DNA of 64,000 nucleotides from positions 2,176,001 to 2,240,000 of the forward strand of contig CAXXVS010000002.1 of assembly GCA_963674755.2 (NCBI GenBank), read 5' to 3'. Below the pieces are notes generated by a model. The model had not been told where the DNA came from. It was given only the letters and a program-made list of their open reading frames with translations, and did not search any database. The position numbers and the translations under genes were made by a program. The DNA is from Desulfobacterales bacterium. Its GTDB lineage: Bacteria > Desulfobacterota > Desulfobacteria > Desulfobacterales > UBA5852. This document shows positions 23,217 to 33,645 of this stretch, piece by piece (position 1 is the stretch's first letter; the number at the start of each line of letters is the position of its first letter).

Positions 23217-23250
23217 AGCGCAGATTTAGGCACATGATATTGTGTTAGTA

Positions 23251-25037
23251 CCTGAATTTTGCATGCAGACGTCTATAGCGGCGCCTGTCCCCAATATTTT
23301 TCACCCCCCGTCACAGCCGCCGAGGCGGTTTTTCTCCCCAAGTAGGATCGGCAAAGAGAAATCGCTGAACTAAAACGCCCCGGCCATGCGTACGATATCT
23401 ATCTGAGAACAATCATGATATTTCCATGCAAAAAATTTTGTGCATGAGCTGTGCAGCTAATCGGCAGCGCTCTGGAGCATCCCATGACCCCACGGTCTGG
23501 GCTGCAATCGTTTTTCATCAATGTATTTTAGGAAAGATATCAGTGCCGGCGTTCGGCTGTCATGGGCCGAGTAACGAACTTTATTTTTATTGGAGGCCGT
23601 GACCACCTTGGCGGCTATCATCAGCATGCGTAAACGGGCGATACGGATGGTGTTGGTTTCTATTCCTGCCAGTCCATGGCCCTGTTCACTTTTTTCGGCC
23701 GGCTGCGTTGCTTTACTGCTTAACTCGGCGATCATCTTCAAATAGCGCCAGATATTATAGGCCAGCATGACGATTTGGAAATAGGCGTAGTTGTTTTTAA
23801 ATCGCGAGGAAGGAATGGCATCGAGGCCTTCACGTTTGGCTTCACCCACAAGGTTTTCAACATCAGCGCGCTTGTCATACGTCGCGATGACCTTGTGGGC
23901 CGAACGACCTATATCGGTACAAAAGATGCGGTATTCATAACGGTCTTCTTCAAACAGTTCGCATTGGATGCATTGATCTTTGACAACTTCTTTCCCTTTG
24001 GGCATGCGCATAGCCACAAATCGAACAGGCCGCTGCCATTCCTTGGGCTGGTAGAGGCAGTTGTTGAACTCGCATGCTTTGCGTTTATGCGGCTGGTACC
24101 AACGCTTAGGGTCAAACGGCGGTTCACATTGTTTGTTGGCAATGATGAAATTGTAGCCGGCCTTAAAGCACTCATGGACACTGTGCCAGCTTTGAAATTC
24201 GGCATCGGCGCGGATGAGCACCTGTTCAACACTATCGGGCAGGTAGCGTTTTATTTTGGCGATAAACGCTGCGGTTTGTTTACCGCTAATGGTCTCTCCC
24301 CTGCGAAGTTTGCCCATCAAGTATTCACGGCTTTGTTCAATGAAGCATAATACCGGACGATATCCCTTTTTACCCCGATTTTTCGGGTTGTGGCCCTTTT
24401 TCGCGCCCTGCTGGCTGCCGAAAACGGTTTCCACGGTCGTGTCGATATCCAGGCTGATGCGGTAGTAAGACACATCGCAAAGCTGCCAGACCCGTTTACG
24501 TAGCACCGCCATCAATCCAAGCAGCGCATGCGCCTGGTTGATGCCCAGGCTGTTGACATAACGCCAGAAGGTACTGGCGGCCGGCAACCGCGTCAGATTG
24601 AAAAATCCGCATAGCATCGCGTCCAGACGCAGACAAGAAAAATGCCAAATGCGATTGAATCCTATAAACAGTAGCATCAGCAAGCCTATCACCATCGCAT
24701 AATGGCCCAGCTTGGGCTCACGGCTCGGTGCCTTATAGGTAAAGTCAAAGATTTCCCGGAATTCGACCAGATCCAAAAATTTGATCAGCGCCAAAAGCCC
24801 GCCGAATGGGCTCAATTGTTCGCTGCACGTGTCATAACCGATAGAAGCGTTGATTTCTTGGCCTTTGCGCCATTGGGGCAAAACCCTTTAGGCTTGCGGT
24901 TTCCCTTCAAATTTGATTTCTTGGTTTTTACCATCTGGGTACCTCCTGTTTTTTGGAAGGTTTGTGGTGAACCCCCTTTATAACAGAGTTCCCAGATGGT
25001 TTTTACTCCTCACGAAGCATCTCGTGCAAAATTCAGG
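23251..25037 (-). mobile_element. IS1380-family insertion sequence
   Basis: Terminal inverted repeats CCTGAATTTTGCA/TGCAAAATTCAGG enclosing a DDE transposase (DIDTT, YRP, RADAEF, YDKRADVEN). Confidence 0.85.
23457..24934 (-). pseudogene. IS1380 transposase, apparently frameshifted near its 5' end
   Basis: The ATG at 24934 has an AGGAGG RBS but is out of frame with the 474-aa body starting at 24881. Confidence 0.65.
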
Positions 25038-25076
25038 TTCTGAATTCAATCACAACACATTTAAAGGGATAGTCTC

Positions 25077-26513
25077 ATGTCTGACAAATCAATTTCTCGG
25101 CAGATGGCGGAATTTGCTGTTAGTCTGAACTATGAAAATCTTCCGCAAGATGTTATCACCGCCGTGAAACGATTCCTGTATGATTCGATCGGTTGTGCCT
25201 ATGGGGGGATGAAAACCCGGGATGTAAAAACCATGCTTCAAATCTATCAGGAAATGGGCGGACAGCCGGAATCCCGTGTGATCGGGTTTGGCGATCGACT
25301 ACCGACGGTAAGCACGGCCCTAATCAACGCATTGATGATAAGGGCATTGGATTTCAACGATATCTACTGGAAAGAAGATCCCAGCCACCCCAGCGATCTG
25401 ATCCCTGCGGCTTTATCCGTCGCCGAAAAAGTGGACGCATCAATGAAAGCGGTGATTGTCGCCATCGTTCTGGCGTACGAGTTTGAACAGCGATTGTGCC
25501 TGTTTGCCAAGCCGGGCGTTCGTGAAAGGAAGTGGCACCATGCGACCTTGACCCAATTTGTTTCCCCTATCGTCGCCGCAAAAATCCTCGGCTTAACCGT
25601 CGATCAGATGGTCAATGCCATTGGTATCGGCGGATGTCATAACTACACCGTTGGATGCCCCACCGCCGGAAGACTGACCATGATGAAGAACACGGTGGAT
25701 CCCATGGCGGTGCAAGCGGGTGTGTTGGCCGCCTTGATGGCTCAAAGGGGCTACACTGGAACGGAAAAGGTCTTCGATGGCAAAGAGGGGTTCATGGATG
25801 CATTCATCGGTTGGAATGCTAACGAAGAAACGCTCCAGCCCACGGAGAATGAAGGCCGTGACGGCGTGTCTACCTGGACTTGGGATATCGACGCCCTGAT
25901 CGGGAATCTGGGTGAAGGCTATAAGATTCTGGAATGCGGGATGAAAGCATTCCCCACCGAGGCATTGACTCACACGCATATTTCATGTGTGTTGAAGGCC
26001 GTGATCGACAATGCGTTGAACTACACAGATATCGAGGAAGTCAGGGTGACCGCCTCTGCCCAGGCCTTTGACATCCTGTTCGATCCGGCAAAGTACAGAC
26101 CCCAATCACGTGAGACGGCCGATCATTCATTGCCGTATTGCCTGGCGGCGGCAATTGTGGACAGGAAAGTCACTCCCCAGTCTTTCTCGGCGGATAAGCT
26201 GAAAGATCCCGCGATTCTCGAAGTAATCGATAAAATAAAAGGCGAAGCCTCATTGGAATTTGAGAAAATGTTTCCTGCGAAACAGCCGTCAAGGGTCGTG
26301 ATCGCGACCACTGACGGACGATCGTTCGAGGAGTATCTCGACTATCCCATGGGAGATCCACGTCAGCCCATGACCACGCAGAACTTAGAGGACAAATTCA
26401 ATGGCTTGTCGGGTGACATGCTGGGCAGGGAGCGTTTGGCCGAAGTGAGAGACGCAATCTTCAACTGTGAAAACCTCTCTGCCAGAGACTTCATGTCGGC
26501 ATTGGTGGTTTGA
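25077..26513 (+). CDS. MmgE/PrpD-family protein (2-methylcitrate dehydratase-like)
   Basis: RALDFND, HPSD, WHH, KAFP, RETADHSLPY, GDPRQP. Confidence 0.9.
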   Translation: MSDKSISRQMAEFAVSLNYENLPQDVITAVKRFLYDSIGCAYGGMKTRDVKTMLQIYQEMGGQPESRVIGFGDRLPTVSTALINALMIRALDFNDIYWKEDPSHPSDLIPAALSVAEKVDASMKAVIVAIVLAYEFEQRLCLFAKPGVRERKWHHATLTQFVSPIVAAKILGLTVDQMVNAIGIGGCHNYTVGCPTAGRLTMMKNTVDPMAVQAGVLAALMAQRGYTGTEKVFDGKEGFMDAFIGWNANEETLQPTENEGRDGVSTWTWDIDALIGNLGEGYKILECGMKAFPTEALTHTHISCVLKAVIDNALNYTDIEEVRVTASAQAFDILFDPAKYRPQSRETADHSLPYCLAAAIVDRKVTPQSFSADKLKDPAILEVIDKIKGEASLEFEKMFPAKQPSRVVIATTDGRSFEEYLDYPMGDPRQPMTTQNLEDKFNGLSGDMLGRERLAEVRDAIFNCENLSARDFMSALVV

Positions 26514-26577
26514 ACATAACCTCCATGATGCGACAACAGGGATAATTCGGTTCGACAGGCCACCTGATCAACGGGCA

Positions 26578-26890
26578 TTATTTGGTAATCTGACAAATCC
26601 AGTCAAAAGCGGTTCCGCGCTTGATTTTTTTAAGGTGCAGACAGGTCTTGTATAGACCAGCATCATACGTGCAGTTGACCAGTTCGACCGGTTTGCCATG
26701 TTGGTCATACATGATTCTCTCGGTGAGCAGGGTCAGATTGCCGGGGAGGATCCCCAAATGTTCGGTCGTCTCTTCGTCGGCAAACGATGCTTCGATGGTC
26801 TGGAAGGCCTCGGTGAAATGAATATTCAGGTCATCTTCCAGAATCTTCAGCAACGGTTTGTCAAACAAGGCCTCCTCTTCTATCTGCTCC
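26578..26890 (-). pseudogene. C-terminal UTRA-domain fragment of a GntR/HutC-family regulator
   Basis: FTEAFQTIEASFAD...LLTERIMYDQHGKPVEL; no HTH and no start of its own. Confidence 0.7.
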
Positions 26891-27283
26891 CGCGACGATG
26901 GCCTCGATGAGCTGTTTGCCCGTTGCATTTTCCCGCTAGGCGATGGCCAAAGCCGCCGCCATGATCGCAACACCGGGGTGGGCATTGGCAAACCGGTGCC
27001 CATCATCCATGTCCAGGACATGTCCCTGGATGCCGTTTAACAGGGCCGCGTTGAGAACTGGCAGTTTTCTGCCGTCACCGATGATGGTCGCTTCTTCTGC
27101 GCCACCCTGATTGAAAATCGGGGCGGTAACGATGGGTGACAACCCCAGTCTGCTGCCGGCCAGGGCCATGCCCATGAAATCCAGCAAACAGCGTTTCACC
27201 TGATGAACAACCTGAACCGGCAAATCTTCAAATTTTATTTTTACTAAAAAATCTGCCAATATATCTCGTATTTTGGTTTCCAT
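26888..27283 (-). pseudogene. N-terminal fragment of a MmgE/PrpD-family gene
   Basis: HVLDMDDGH...HPG; TAG at 26936-26938, then homology continues (RENATGKQLIEAIVAG) to the junction with the UTRA fragment. Confidence 0.8.
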
Positions 27284-27509
27284 ACGGCTCCATGATCGTC
27301 ATCATTTGAATACTCTTGCAGGACATTTGATCTTTTCAAATTAAAAACATTAATAATTTTGCTGCTCTTGCCACTGCTTCAAGTCCCGCCATTTTTCCTA
27401 TTCAAGGAATACTCGACAGGCCTTGGCCCCCTTTCGGCCTTCCCCCACTCTTGGATTGGAATTTCTGAGATTCATGTTCTTCTAAATTTTGTGGTTATTT
27501 TCGGGCATA

Positions 27510-29396
27510 TCAAGCTTTCATCGTTATTGATTCACCCAATAATTTTTTTTTAATAATGGAGGTATTGGTCAATAGAAACGGGACTAAAATGCCAAGCCCG
27601 ACGACATCCGAAACCACCCCTGGCAGGATCATGGTTATTGCTCCCGCACCAAGCACGACGCGCCAGAAAAGATTGGTCTTTTTTTGATAAAATCCCACCA
27701 GTGCGATGGACAGCATCCACAGACCCGCCATGGCCGTGGTAAACGAAAAAAGAATCACATACCAATGGCCAAGTCCGAGCAGGGAATTGCCGTAGACGAT
27801 GATGTAGGGGAGCAAAAAACCGGTGAAACCGAGACGAAACGCCTGGAGCCCCGCCTTGAAGGGATCGCATCCAGCGATGCCCGCCGTAGTGTACGCGGCC
27901 AGCGCAACTGGTGGCGTGATGGGGGCGTAACAGCAGAACATGAATACGAAGAAATGCGCCACCAGCAACGGGAGGCCCATTTGGACAAGACTCGGTGCAA
28001 CGGTAACCGCCATGACGATGTAACATCCGGTCGGTGGCAGCCCCATTCCCAGAACGAGGGCAATCAACATGGCAAATATAAGGCCGAGAAATAGATGGCC
28101 TTGCGCCGCGCTCATCAGAAGATCGGAAAGCTTCAACCCCAACCCGGTCAGGCCCAACATGCCGATGATGATTCCAGCCGTCGCACACGCCACCGAAACC
28201 ACCAAAATTTTTCGAGGGGTTTCAATCAGCGCATCGAACAGGTGTTTTAGCGGCACCCGAAGTTCCGGCTTGAAAAAATTATAGACGAGCGTGGTGATGA
28301 TTAAAATTAAGGCCGAAAACAGCGCCGCGCGCAGTGGGGAGACGCGCAGTACTGAGAGCGATAAAACCAGGACGCCGAGCGGGATAACCAGCCGCAGGCT
28401 TTTTAGAACGGCCTCTTTTTTGTCCGGAATCTCCTCATCCGGCAGCCTCGACATATTCCCCTTGCGGGCTTCATTGCCAACGACAAAAATCAGTGCGGAA
28501 TAAAAAAGAACTGCAGGGATGATCGCGTGAACAATAATCTTGGCGTATGGAATGCCAGTAATATCGGCCATAACAAAGGCCGCCGCCCCCATTACCGGCG
28601 GCACCAATGAGGCCCCCGATGAGGCGACGGCCTCTATGCCGGCCGCCAGGGTAGGGCTATATCCCACTCTTTTCATCATCGGAATGGTGAACGCTCCCGT
28701 CGTGGCAGCATCGGACACGGGGCTGCCGGAAACCATGCCCACGGTCACGCTTGAAAAAATGCCGACCTTTGCGGGACCGCCTTGTAATTTGCCCGTAAAT
28801 GCGTTGGCAAGGTTGATAAAAAGATCCCCCACACCAGATTTTTCCATGAATGTGCCGAACAAAACAAAAAGAAAGACGTAGGTGGCCGCCACACCCAGGG
28901 GGATGCCATAGATGCCTTCCGTGGTCAGGCACAACTGGGAAACGATTCGCTCAAAATCCCGCCCCGAGTGTCCTAAAGGGTCCGGCAGAAAATTCCCAAG
29001 GTAGCAATACAGGAGAGAAAAAACCCCAAGCAGGGTCATCGTTAGACCAACGGTTCGTCGGGTTGCTTCCAGCAAAACAACTAGGGTCGTGAAACCGATA
29101 ATTAGATCCAGCGTATTGGGATCGCCGGCGCGATAAAAGAGATCATCGAAAACCAGATATAAATATAAGCCGCTAGAGATAGACATTAATGCCAAAGGGA
29201 TGTCGATCAAATAAGTGAGTTTCGATTTTTTTATGGCAGGGAAAAAGAAAAATACCAGCACAAGGACGAATGACAAATGAATGCTGCGCTGTAAAAGGGC
29301 AGTCATTAATCCGTGGGTTGCAGTAAAGATTTGAAAAAGCGTCAATAGCAACGAAATGGCCATGATGGCTTTTGCCGCTGCTTTTTTAGAAGTCAT
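27510..29396 (-). CDS. TRAP transporter fused 4TM/12TM permease (TAXI-associated)
   Basis: LEATRR, EGIYGIPLGV, GGPAK, PPVMGAAAF, GMGLP, TPPVALAA. Confidence 0.92.
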   Translation of the reverse strand: MTSKKAAAKAIMAISLLLTLFQIFTATHGLMTALLQRSIHLSFVLVLVFFFFPAIKKSKLTYLIDIPLALMSISSGLYLYLVFDDLFYRAGDPNTLDLIIGFTTLVVLLEATRRTVGLTMTLLGVFSLLYCYLGNFLPDPLGHSGRDFERIVSQLCLTTEGIYGIPLGVAATYVFLFVLFGTFMEKSGVGDLFINLANAFTGKLQGGPAKVGIFSSVTVGMVSGSPVSDAATTGAFTIPMMKRVGYSPTLAAGIEAVASSGASLVPPVMGAAAFVMADITGIPYAKIIVHAIIPAVLFYSALIFVVGNEARKGNMSRLPDEEIPDKKEAVLKSLRLVIPLGVLVLSLSVLRVSPLRAALFSALILIITTLVYNFFKPELRVPLKHLFDALIETPRKILVVSVACATAGIIIGMLGLTGLGLKLSDLLMSAAQGHLFLGLIFAMLIALVLGMGLPPTGCYIVMAVTVAPSLVQMGLPLLVAHFFVFMFCCYAPITPPVALAAYTTAGIAGCDPFKAGLQAFRLGFTGFLLPYIIVYGNSLLGLGHWYVILFSFTTAMAGLWMLSIALVGFYQKKTNLFWRVVLGAGAITMILPGVVSDVVGLGILVPFLLTNTSIIKKKLLGESITMKA

Positions 29397-29532
29397 TGGG
29401 CCTCCAAGAGATGCTTCCGGCTGAAATGCCGAGATCGAGGTTCTTGGTGATTAATAGAATATCCTGACGGAAAGCTATCTCACCATCAGCAGAAAAGGGG
29501 GGCAACTATAGGTACCCCCCTTCCCAAGGCGT

Positions 29533-30498
29533 TTATTCGTGATACGCGTTTTTTTCTTTATAGTATTTAATAGCTCCGGGGTGAACCGGTATCAAAGTAG
29601 GCGTAGCATTCTCTAATGTTGTTTCTCTTAAAGAAGGATGAATTGCATTGAGCTCATCTTTATGTTCAAAAACCGCTTTGACAAATTTATATACCACATC
29701 CTCAGGAATCTCTGGTCTACAAACAAGAATCGTTTTAGCTGCTACGGTATCAGTATCTTGGTCTACTCCTTTATAAGAACCACCGGGAATTGTCGCTTTT
29801 ACCAAGTATGGATAGGCAGCGACGACGGCATCACTCTCTTTTTCGGAAAAAGGAACAAGCCTTATTTTGTGTGTCATAGATAGGCTCGTGATTGAGGAAT
29901 TCGGTATGGGAGAACCAATAAATTCCGCTGAAATTGTTTTGTCTTGAAGGGCTTCAGTAGCTTCTGTAAACGATAAAAATTCAGGCTTGAAATCATCGTA
30001 TGAAATTCCTAAAGCTTTCAGAATTGCCCGTGATTTAACTTCAGTCCCGGATCCTGGAGAGCCTACTCCGATACGCTTTCCTTTAATATCTTCAATCGTT
30101 TTAATATCACTGCCGGCAAGTGTAACAAGATGAACGGGTTGGGTATACATGTTGAAAAGCGCCCTGACATCAATTTTATGGTCGAAATGTTTAGATTTTT
30201 CATAACCAAAGAAGGCATGGTAGGTTACGTCATAAGAAACCGTTGCCATTTCAATCTTTTTTTTATCGAGGAGCTTATAGTCTTCAACGGAACCGCCGGT
30301 TGACTCTACCGTAACGCTCAAATCCGGGACATATTTGCTGACGATATTCGCGATAGCACCTCCATACGGATACAGTCCTCCTCCGGTGCCCGCCGTTCCA
30401 ATGGACAGACGAGTGGTTTCAGCCATGGCGCCTGTCATGCCAAGACTCAGCAATGCCAAGCATGTGATCAGACCTACAACAAACCGTTTCGGTTCCAT
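29533..30498 (-). CDS. TAXI-family TRAP solute receptor
   Basis: Signal peptide, IGTAGTGGGLY, STGGSV, GSPGSGT, HPGAIKYY; start at 30498 has an AGGAG RBS. Confidence 0.92.
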   Translation of the reverse strand: MEPKRFVVGLITCLALLSLGMTGAMAETTRLSIGTAGTGGGLYPYGGAIANIVSKYVPDLSVTVESTGGSVEDYKLLDKKKIEMATVSYDVTYHAFFGYEKSKHFDHKIDVRALFNMYTQPVHLVTLAGSDIKTIEDIKGKRIGVGSPGSGTEVKSRAILKALGISYDDFKPEFLSFTEATEALQDKTISAEFIGSPIPNSSITSLSMTHKIRLVPFSEKESDAVVAAYPYLVKATIPGGSYKGVDQDTDTVAAKTILVCRPEIPEDVVYKFVKAVFEHKDELNAIHPSLRETTLENATPTLIPVHPGAIKYYKEKNAYHE

Positions 30499-30706
30499 AA
30501 CCATTCTCCTTTTTTGAATAATACGATTTGCCTCACCATTATTTGATTTAAGCCACATCCCATGTCGCGCGATGAGATCAATGTGGCGTTCCGACACCTG
30601 GCAGTTATCCCCAGGCGCATCGAGTAAATCGGTGCTCTCTTAGCTTATTCGACAGTGCCATATCCATGTTCACCGAGAATCTGATTCATTGTTTATTGAC
30701 TTGCCT

Positions 30707-30724
30707 ATTAAAATATCATGCCAA
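30707..30724 (-). promoter_or_regulatory. Sigma54-like promoter (non-canonical -12) of the TAXI-TRAP operon
   Basis: TTGGCATGATATTTTAAT, 17/18 identical to the site at 50152-50169. Confidence 0.55.
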
Positions 30725-31120
30725 ATCATGAGCATATTTGGATTGATCGTTATCCTATGCACCGATTGTTTAAATTCCATCGCCAAAATTCTTAACAAAC
30801 TTATTTAATAGAAAAAAATAAAAGTGAGCATCGTCGGGTAGTGTAAAGACGATAATCCCACACCATCGTTTCTTCCCATCGAGATCTGAAAGTGTTTCAT
30901 TTTTGATGCATTATCTGAAACCGATTAGAAACGGATGAAACCCCCTGACCCATCGGGATTGAGATGATCATCCTTTGGATATTGTGGGGGATGTCGTCCT
31001 CTGCTGATGGTTGGGTTGAATCCCGGGGACCCATTTTATTTTTCACGGGCGCCGCGGCGATGACGTCGATATCTCTTTTCAATAATTAATTCCCGGTGTC
31101 TTTCTCATTATTTAACCTGC

Positions 31121-32917
31121 CTACTTGTTGAGCAGCCCACCTTTGCGGTAGATATTCATCTGGACATCGGAAAAAAGGCCCTGGACTTCATCTCCGGATG
31201 GTAGCCTGATTTTACCGGTGACAAGGTCCACATCGATCCGTTGTCCGGTCTCGAGTCCGTTGCCGATCAACCTGGCGCAGAGGATGGGAAACCCCTTGTT
31301 GATCGCATTGCGTTCGTAGATTGCGCCGAAGGACTCGCCGATGATGCACGAGATGCCCAGGCTCTCGAAACAATCGACCGCCTGTTGCCTCGACGACCCG
31401 GCGCCGAAATTCTTGGGTACCACCACGATATCACCGGGCTTGGCCTTCTTGGCAAAGTCCTCGTAGCCGGCCAGATTATTGAAGGTGTACTGGCCCATTT
31501 CATTGATGTCGGTGATTGTCAGGTAGCGGTTGTGATAGATCATGTCGGTGTCGATGTCGTCCTCGTCGATGACCCAGACCTTTCCCGAAAAGCGGGTCGG
31601 TCGGTTGCCGACGGCGATGACCTTGGAGGACCCTGAAGCTGTGCGTATGTCTTTGGGAAACTGCGCCGGTATGGCAGGAATTGCATCGGCCGGGACGATT
31701 GCTCCGGCAATCGCCGATGCGGCCACTGTCGCCGGAGATGCCAGGTACACGTCTCCTTTGCCCTGCTTGCCCGCGAAGTTGCGGTTGCCCGTGCTGATCG
31801 TCACCTCTCCGGGACCGTTCTGTCCGATCTGACCGGCTGCGCAGCCAGCGCAGCCGGCGTTGCCCACCAGGGCCCCCGCCCTCTTGAAAATGTCGATGAA
31901 GCCTTCCTCCAAACAGCGCATCCAGATGTCGTCCGTGCTCGGCACGATCTTGAGTACCACGCCGGGGGCGATCTTTCTGTCTTTGAGTATTTCCGCCGCG
32001 GCCTTGAGATCCTCGTAGCGTCCGTTGGTGCATGAGCCGATAAACGCGGAATCGATCTTCGTACCTGCCAAAGCCTTGACCTCTACGACATCTTCCGGAT
32101 GACCGGGACGCGAGACCATAGGCCCAACTCCGTCCACATTTATCTCGATGGTTCTATCGTATGCCGCGTTATCATCGGCCAGCACGGATACTACTTTTTG
32201 ACCGCTGACCTTGGATGCGTATGCTACCACTTCCTGACTGGGTGGAAACAGGGCGATAATGCCCGCCATCTCCGTGGCCATGGATGCCATGGTGATCCTT
32301 CCGTCCAGGCTGAGCGTTTCCACGACATCCCCGTAAAACTCAGCCGAATAGCCGAGCAATGTGTTGGCGCCAAGCTGCCTGAGCACTGTCAGAACCAGGT
32401 CTTTGGACGTGGCCGACGGCGACGGCTTCCCCGTGAGGATAATTCTAGCCGACGGCGGCACCTTGAACCAGACATGACCGTATGCCCAGGCGTGAGCAAC
32501 ATCGACATCACCCATACCCTGCCCGAACGCGCCGATGGCACCAACGATGTTGGCGTGGGAGTCGGTGGAAACGAAAGCAGAGCCGGGCACCACCATCCTG
32601 GCGTCGATGGCCACATGGGTCCCGATCCCTTTGTCGACATCGAATACCGTTATGTTATGCTCGCGGGCGAAAATGCGGCAAATCTGCTGATTTGTGGCAT
32701 ACTTTGGATCCGAACCACCGGGATTGCAGTCAAATGTAAAGTAGGTCTTGCTCGCATCGTCGACGCCGAGCCCGCTGTCCTGAAGATTCTTGACCACGTT
32801 GGCGCCACCGAAATCGCGGGCCGCTCTGATGTCGATAGTAATGTCCACGATTTCGCCCGGGCAGACGTCACGCCCGCAATGTGCGCCGAGGATTTTCTCG
32901 ATTATTGTCTTACCCAT
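31121..32917 (-). CDS. Fused LeuC/LeuD-type (isopropylmalate/homoaconitate hydratase family) [4Fe-4S] hydratase
   Basis: TDSH, IGSCTNGR, CAGC, STGNRNF, then a swivel domain DIDTD...NFGAGSSRQQA...FGAIYERNAIN in one chain. Confidence 0.9.
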   Translation of the reverse strand: MGKTIIEKILGAHCGRDVCPGEIVDITIDIRAARDFGGANVVKNLQDSGLGVDDASKTYFTFDCNPGGSDPKYATNQQICRIFAREHNITVFDVDKGIGTHVAIDARMVVPGSAFVSTDSHANIVGAIGAFGQGMGDVDVAHAWAYGHVWFKVPPSARIILTGKPSPSATSKDLVLTVLRQLGANTLLGYSAEFYGDVVETLSLDGRITMASMATEMAGIIALFPPSQEVVAYASKVSGQKVVSVLADDNAAYDRTIEINVDGVGPMVSRPGHPEDVVEVKALAGTKIDSAFIGSCTNGRYEDLKAAAEILKDRKIAPGVVLKIVPSTDDIWMRCLEEGFIDIFKRAGALVGNAGCAGCAAGQIGQNGPGEVTISTGNRNFAGKQGKGDVYLASPATVAASAIAGAIVPADAIPAIPAQFPKDIRTASGSSKVIAVGNRPTRFSGKVWVIDEDDIDTDMIYHNRYLTITDINEMGQYTFNNLAGYEDFAKKAKPGDIVVVPKNFGAGSSRQQAVDCFESLGISCIIGESFGAIYERNAINKGFPILCARLIGNGLETGQRIDVDLVTGKIRLPSGDEVQGLFSDVQMNIYRKGGLLNK

Positions 32918-32932
32918 TTTGATTTCTCCGCT

Positions 32933-33508
32933 TTACTCGATAAGCTTGCCGTTGTTCTTCATGACGATCGGGTTAAAGGCCGCGAAGTCGGCCTGGTGGA
33001 TGAGCACAGTTTCGATGATCTGCGGACTTCCGTCGCCCTCCTTGGCGTGGCAGGCGATCATGTTGAGTGTTTTGTCGTCTATACCGACCCTGGCAGCCAG
33101 GACCGTTCCATAAATCGGGTGCCGCAAACACCTGCCAGCGATGCTTTTGGTGAAACCGCCCTTACCGTCCTTGATCGTCTCCACGAGCTTGCCGACATCG
33201 TGTAGAATGCCTCCCGCGACCAGTCGGTCATAATCGATCTTCAACGGCATTTTCCTGTAGGCTGCCTCCTGGGCCTTTCCCAAGGCATAAGCACCTTCGG
33301 TAACGGCGATGGTGTGCTCAATGATATTCACGCCGTGTGTGTCGGTCAGCGCGGTGAACGGCATGGTCTCAATCTCTTCGATGCTGTTCCAACCGCCCTG
33401 TTCGCAGGCCGCTTGCCATGTGGCGATGACCTTATCACGAAGCTCTTGGCAGCTGATTTTTTCGAGCTGTTTTTCGAATCGTTTCTCAATATCCGTTTTA
33501 CTGATCAT
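32933..33508 (-). CDS. HD/HDIG-domain phosphohydrolase
   Basis: EHT, LHDVGK, RHP, CH, HQAD. Confidence 0.85.
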   Translation of the reverse strand: MISKTDIEKRFEKQLEKISCQELRDKVIATWQAACEQGGWNSIEEIETMPFTALTDTHGVNIIEHTIAVTEGAYALGKAQEAAYRKMPLKIDYDRLVAGGILHDVGKLVETIKDGKGGFTKSIAGRCLRHPIYGTVLAARVGIDDKTLNMIACHAKEGDGSPQIIETVLIHQADFAAFNPIVMKNNGKLIE

Positions 33509-33525
33509 ATAGCTGATTCCTTCCT

Positions 33526-33645
33526 AGTTTGGCCGCGATCAAGGCGCGTGAAAAATTGAACCGCAGGCATATAGTTGATATTCCGAAGATTAAATATTTC
33601 GCACAACGGCGATATCGGGCAAATTGGCCATTTATGGATGGGCAC
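33526..33645. repeat. Structured inverted-repeat element, copy C (left end truncated)
   Basis: Core CAAGGCG...AGGCATA-N7-TATTCCGA...GCACAACG; right end ATTTATGGATGGGCAC resembles the copy A TIR. Confidence 0.7.
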
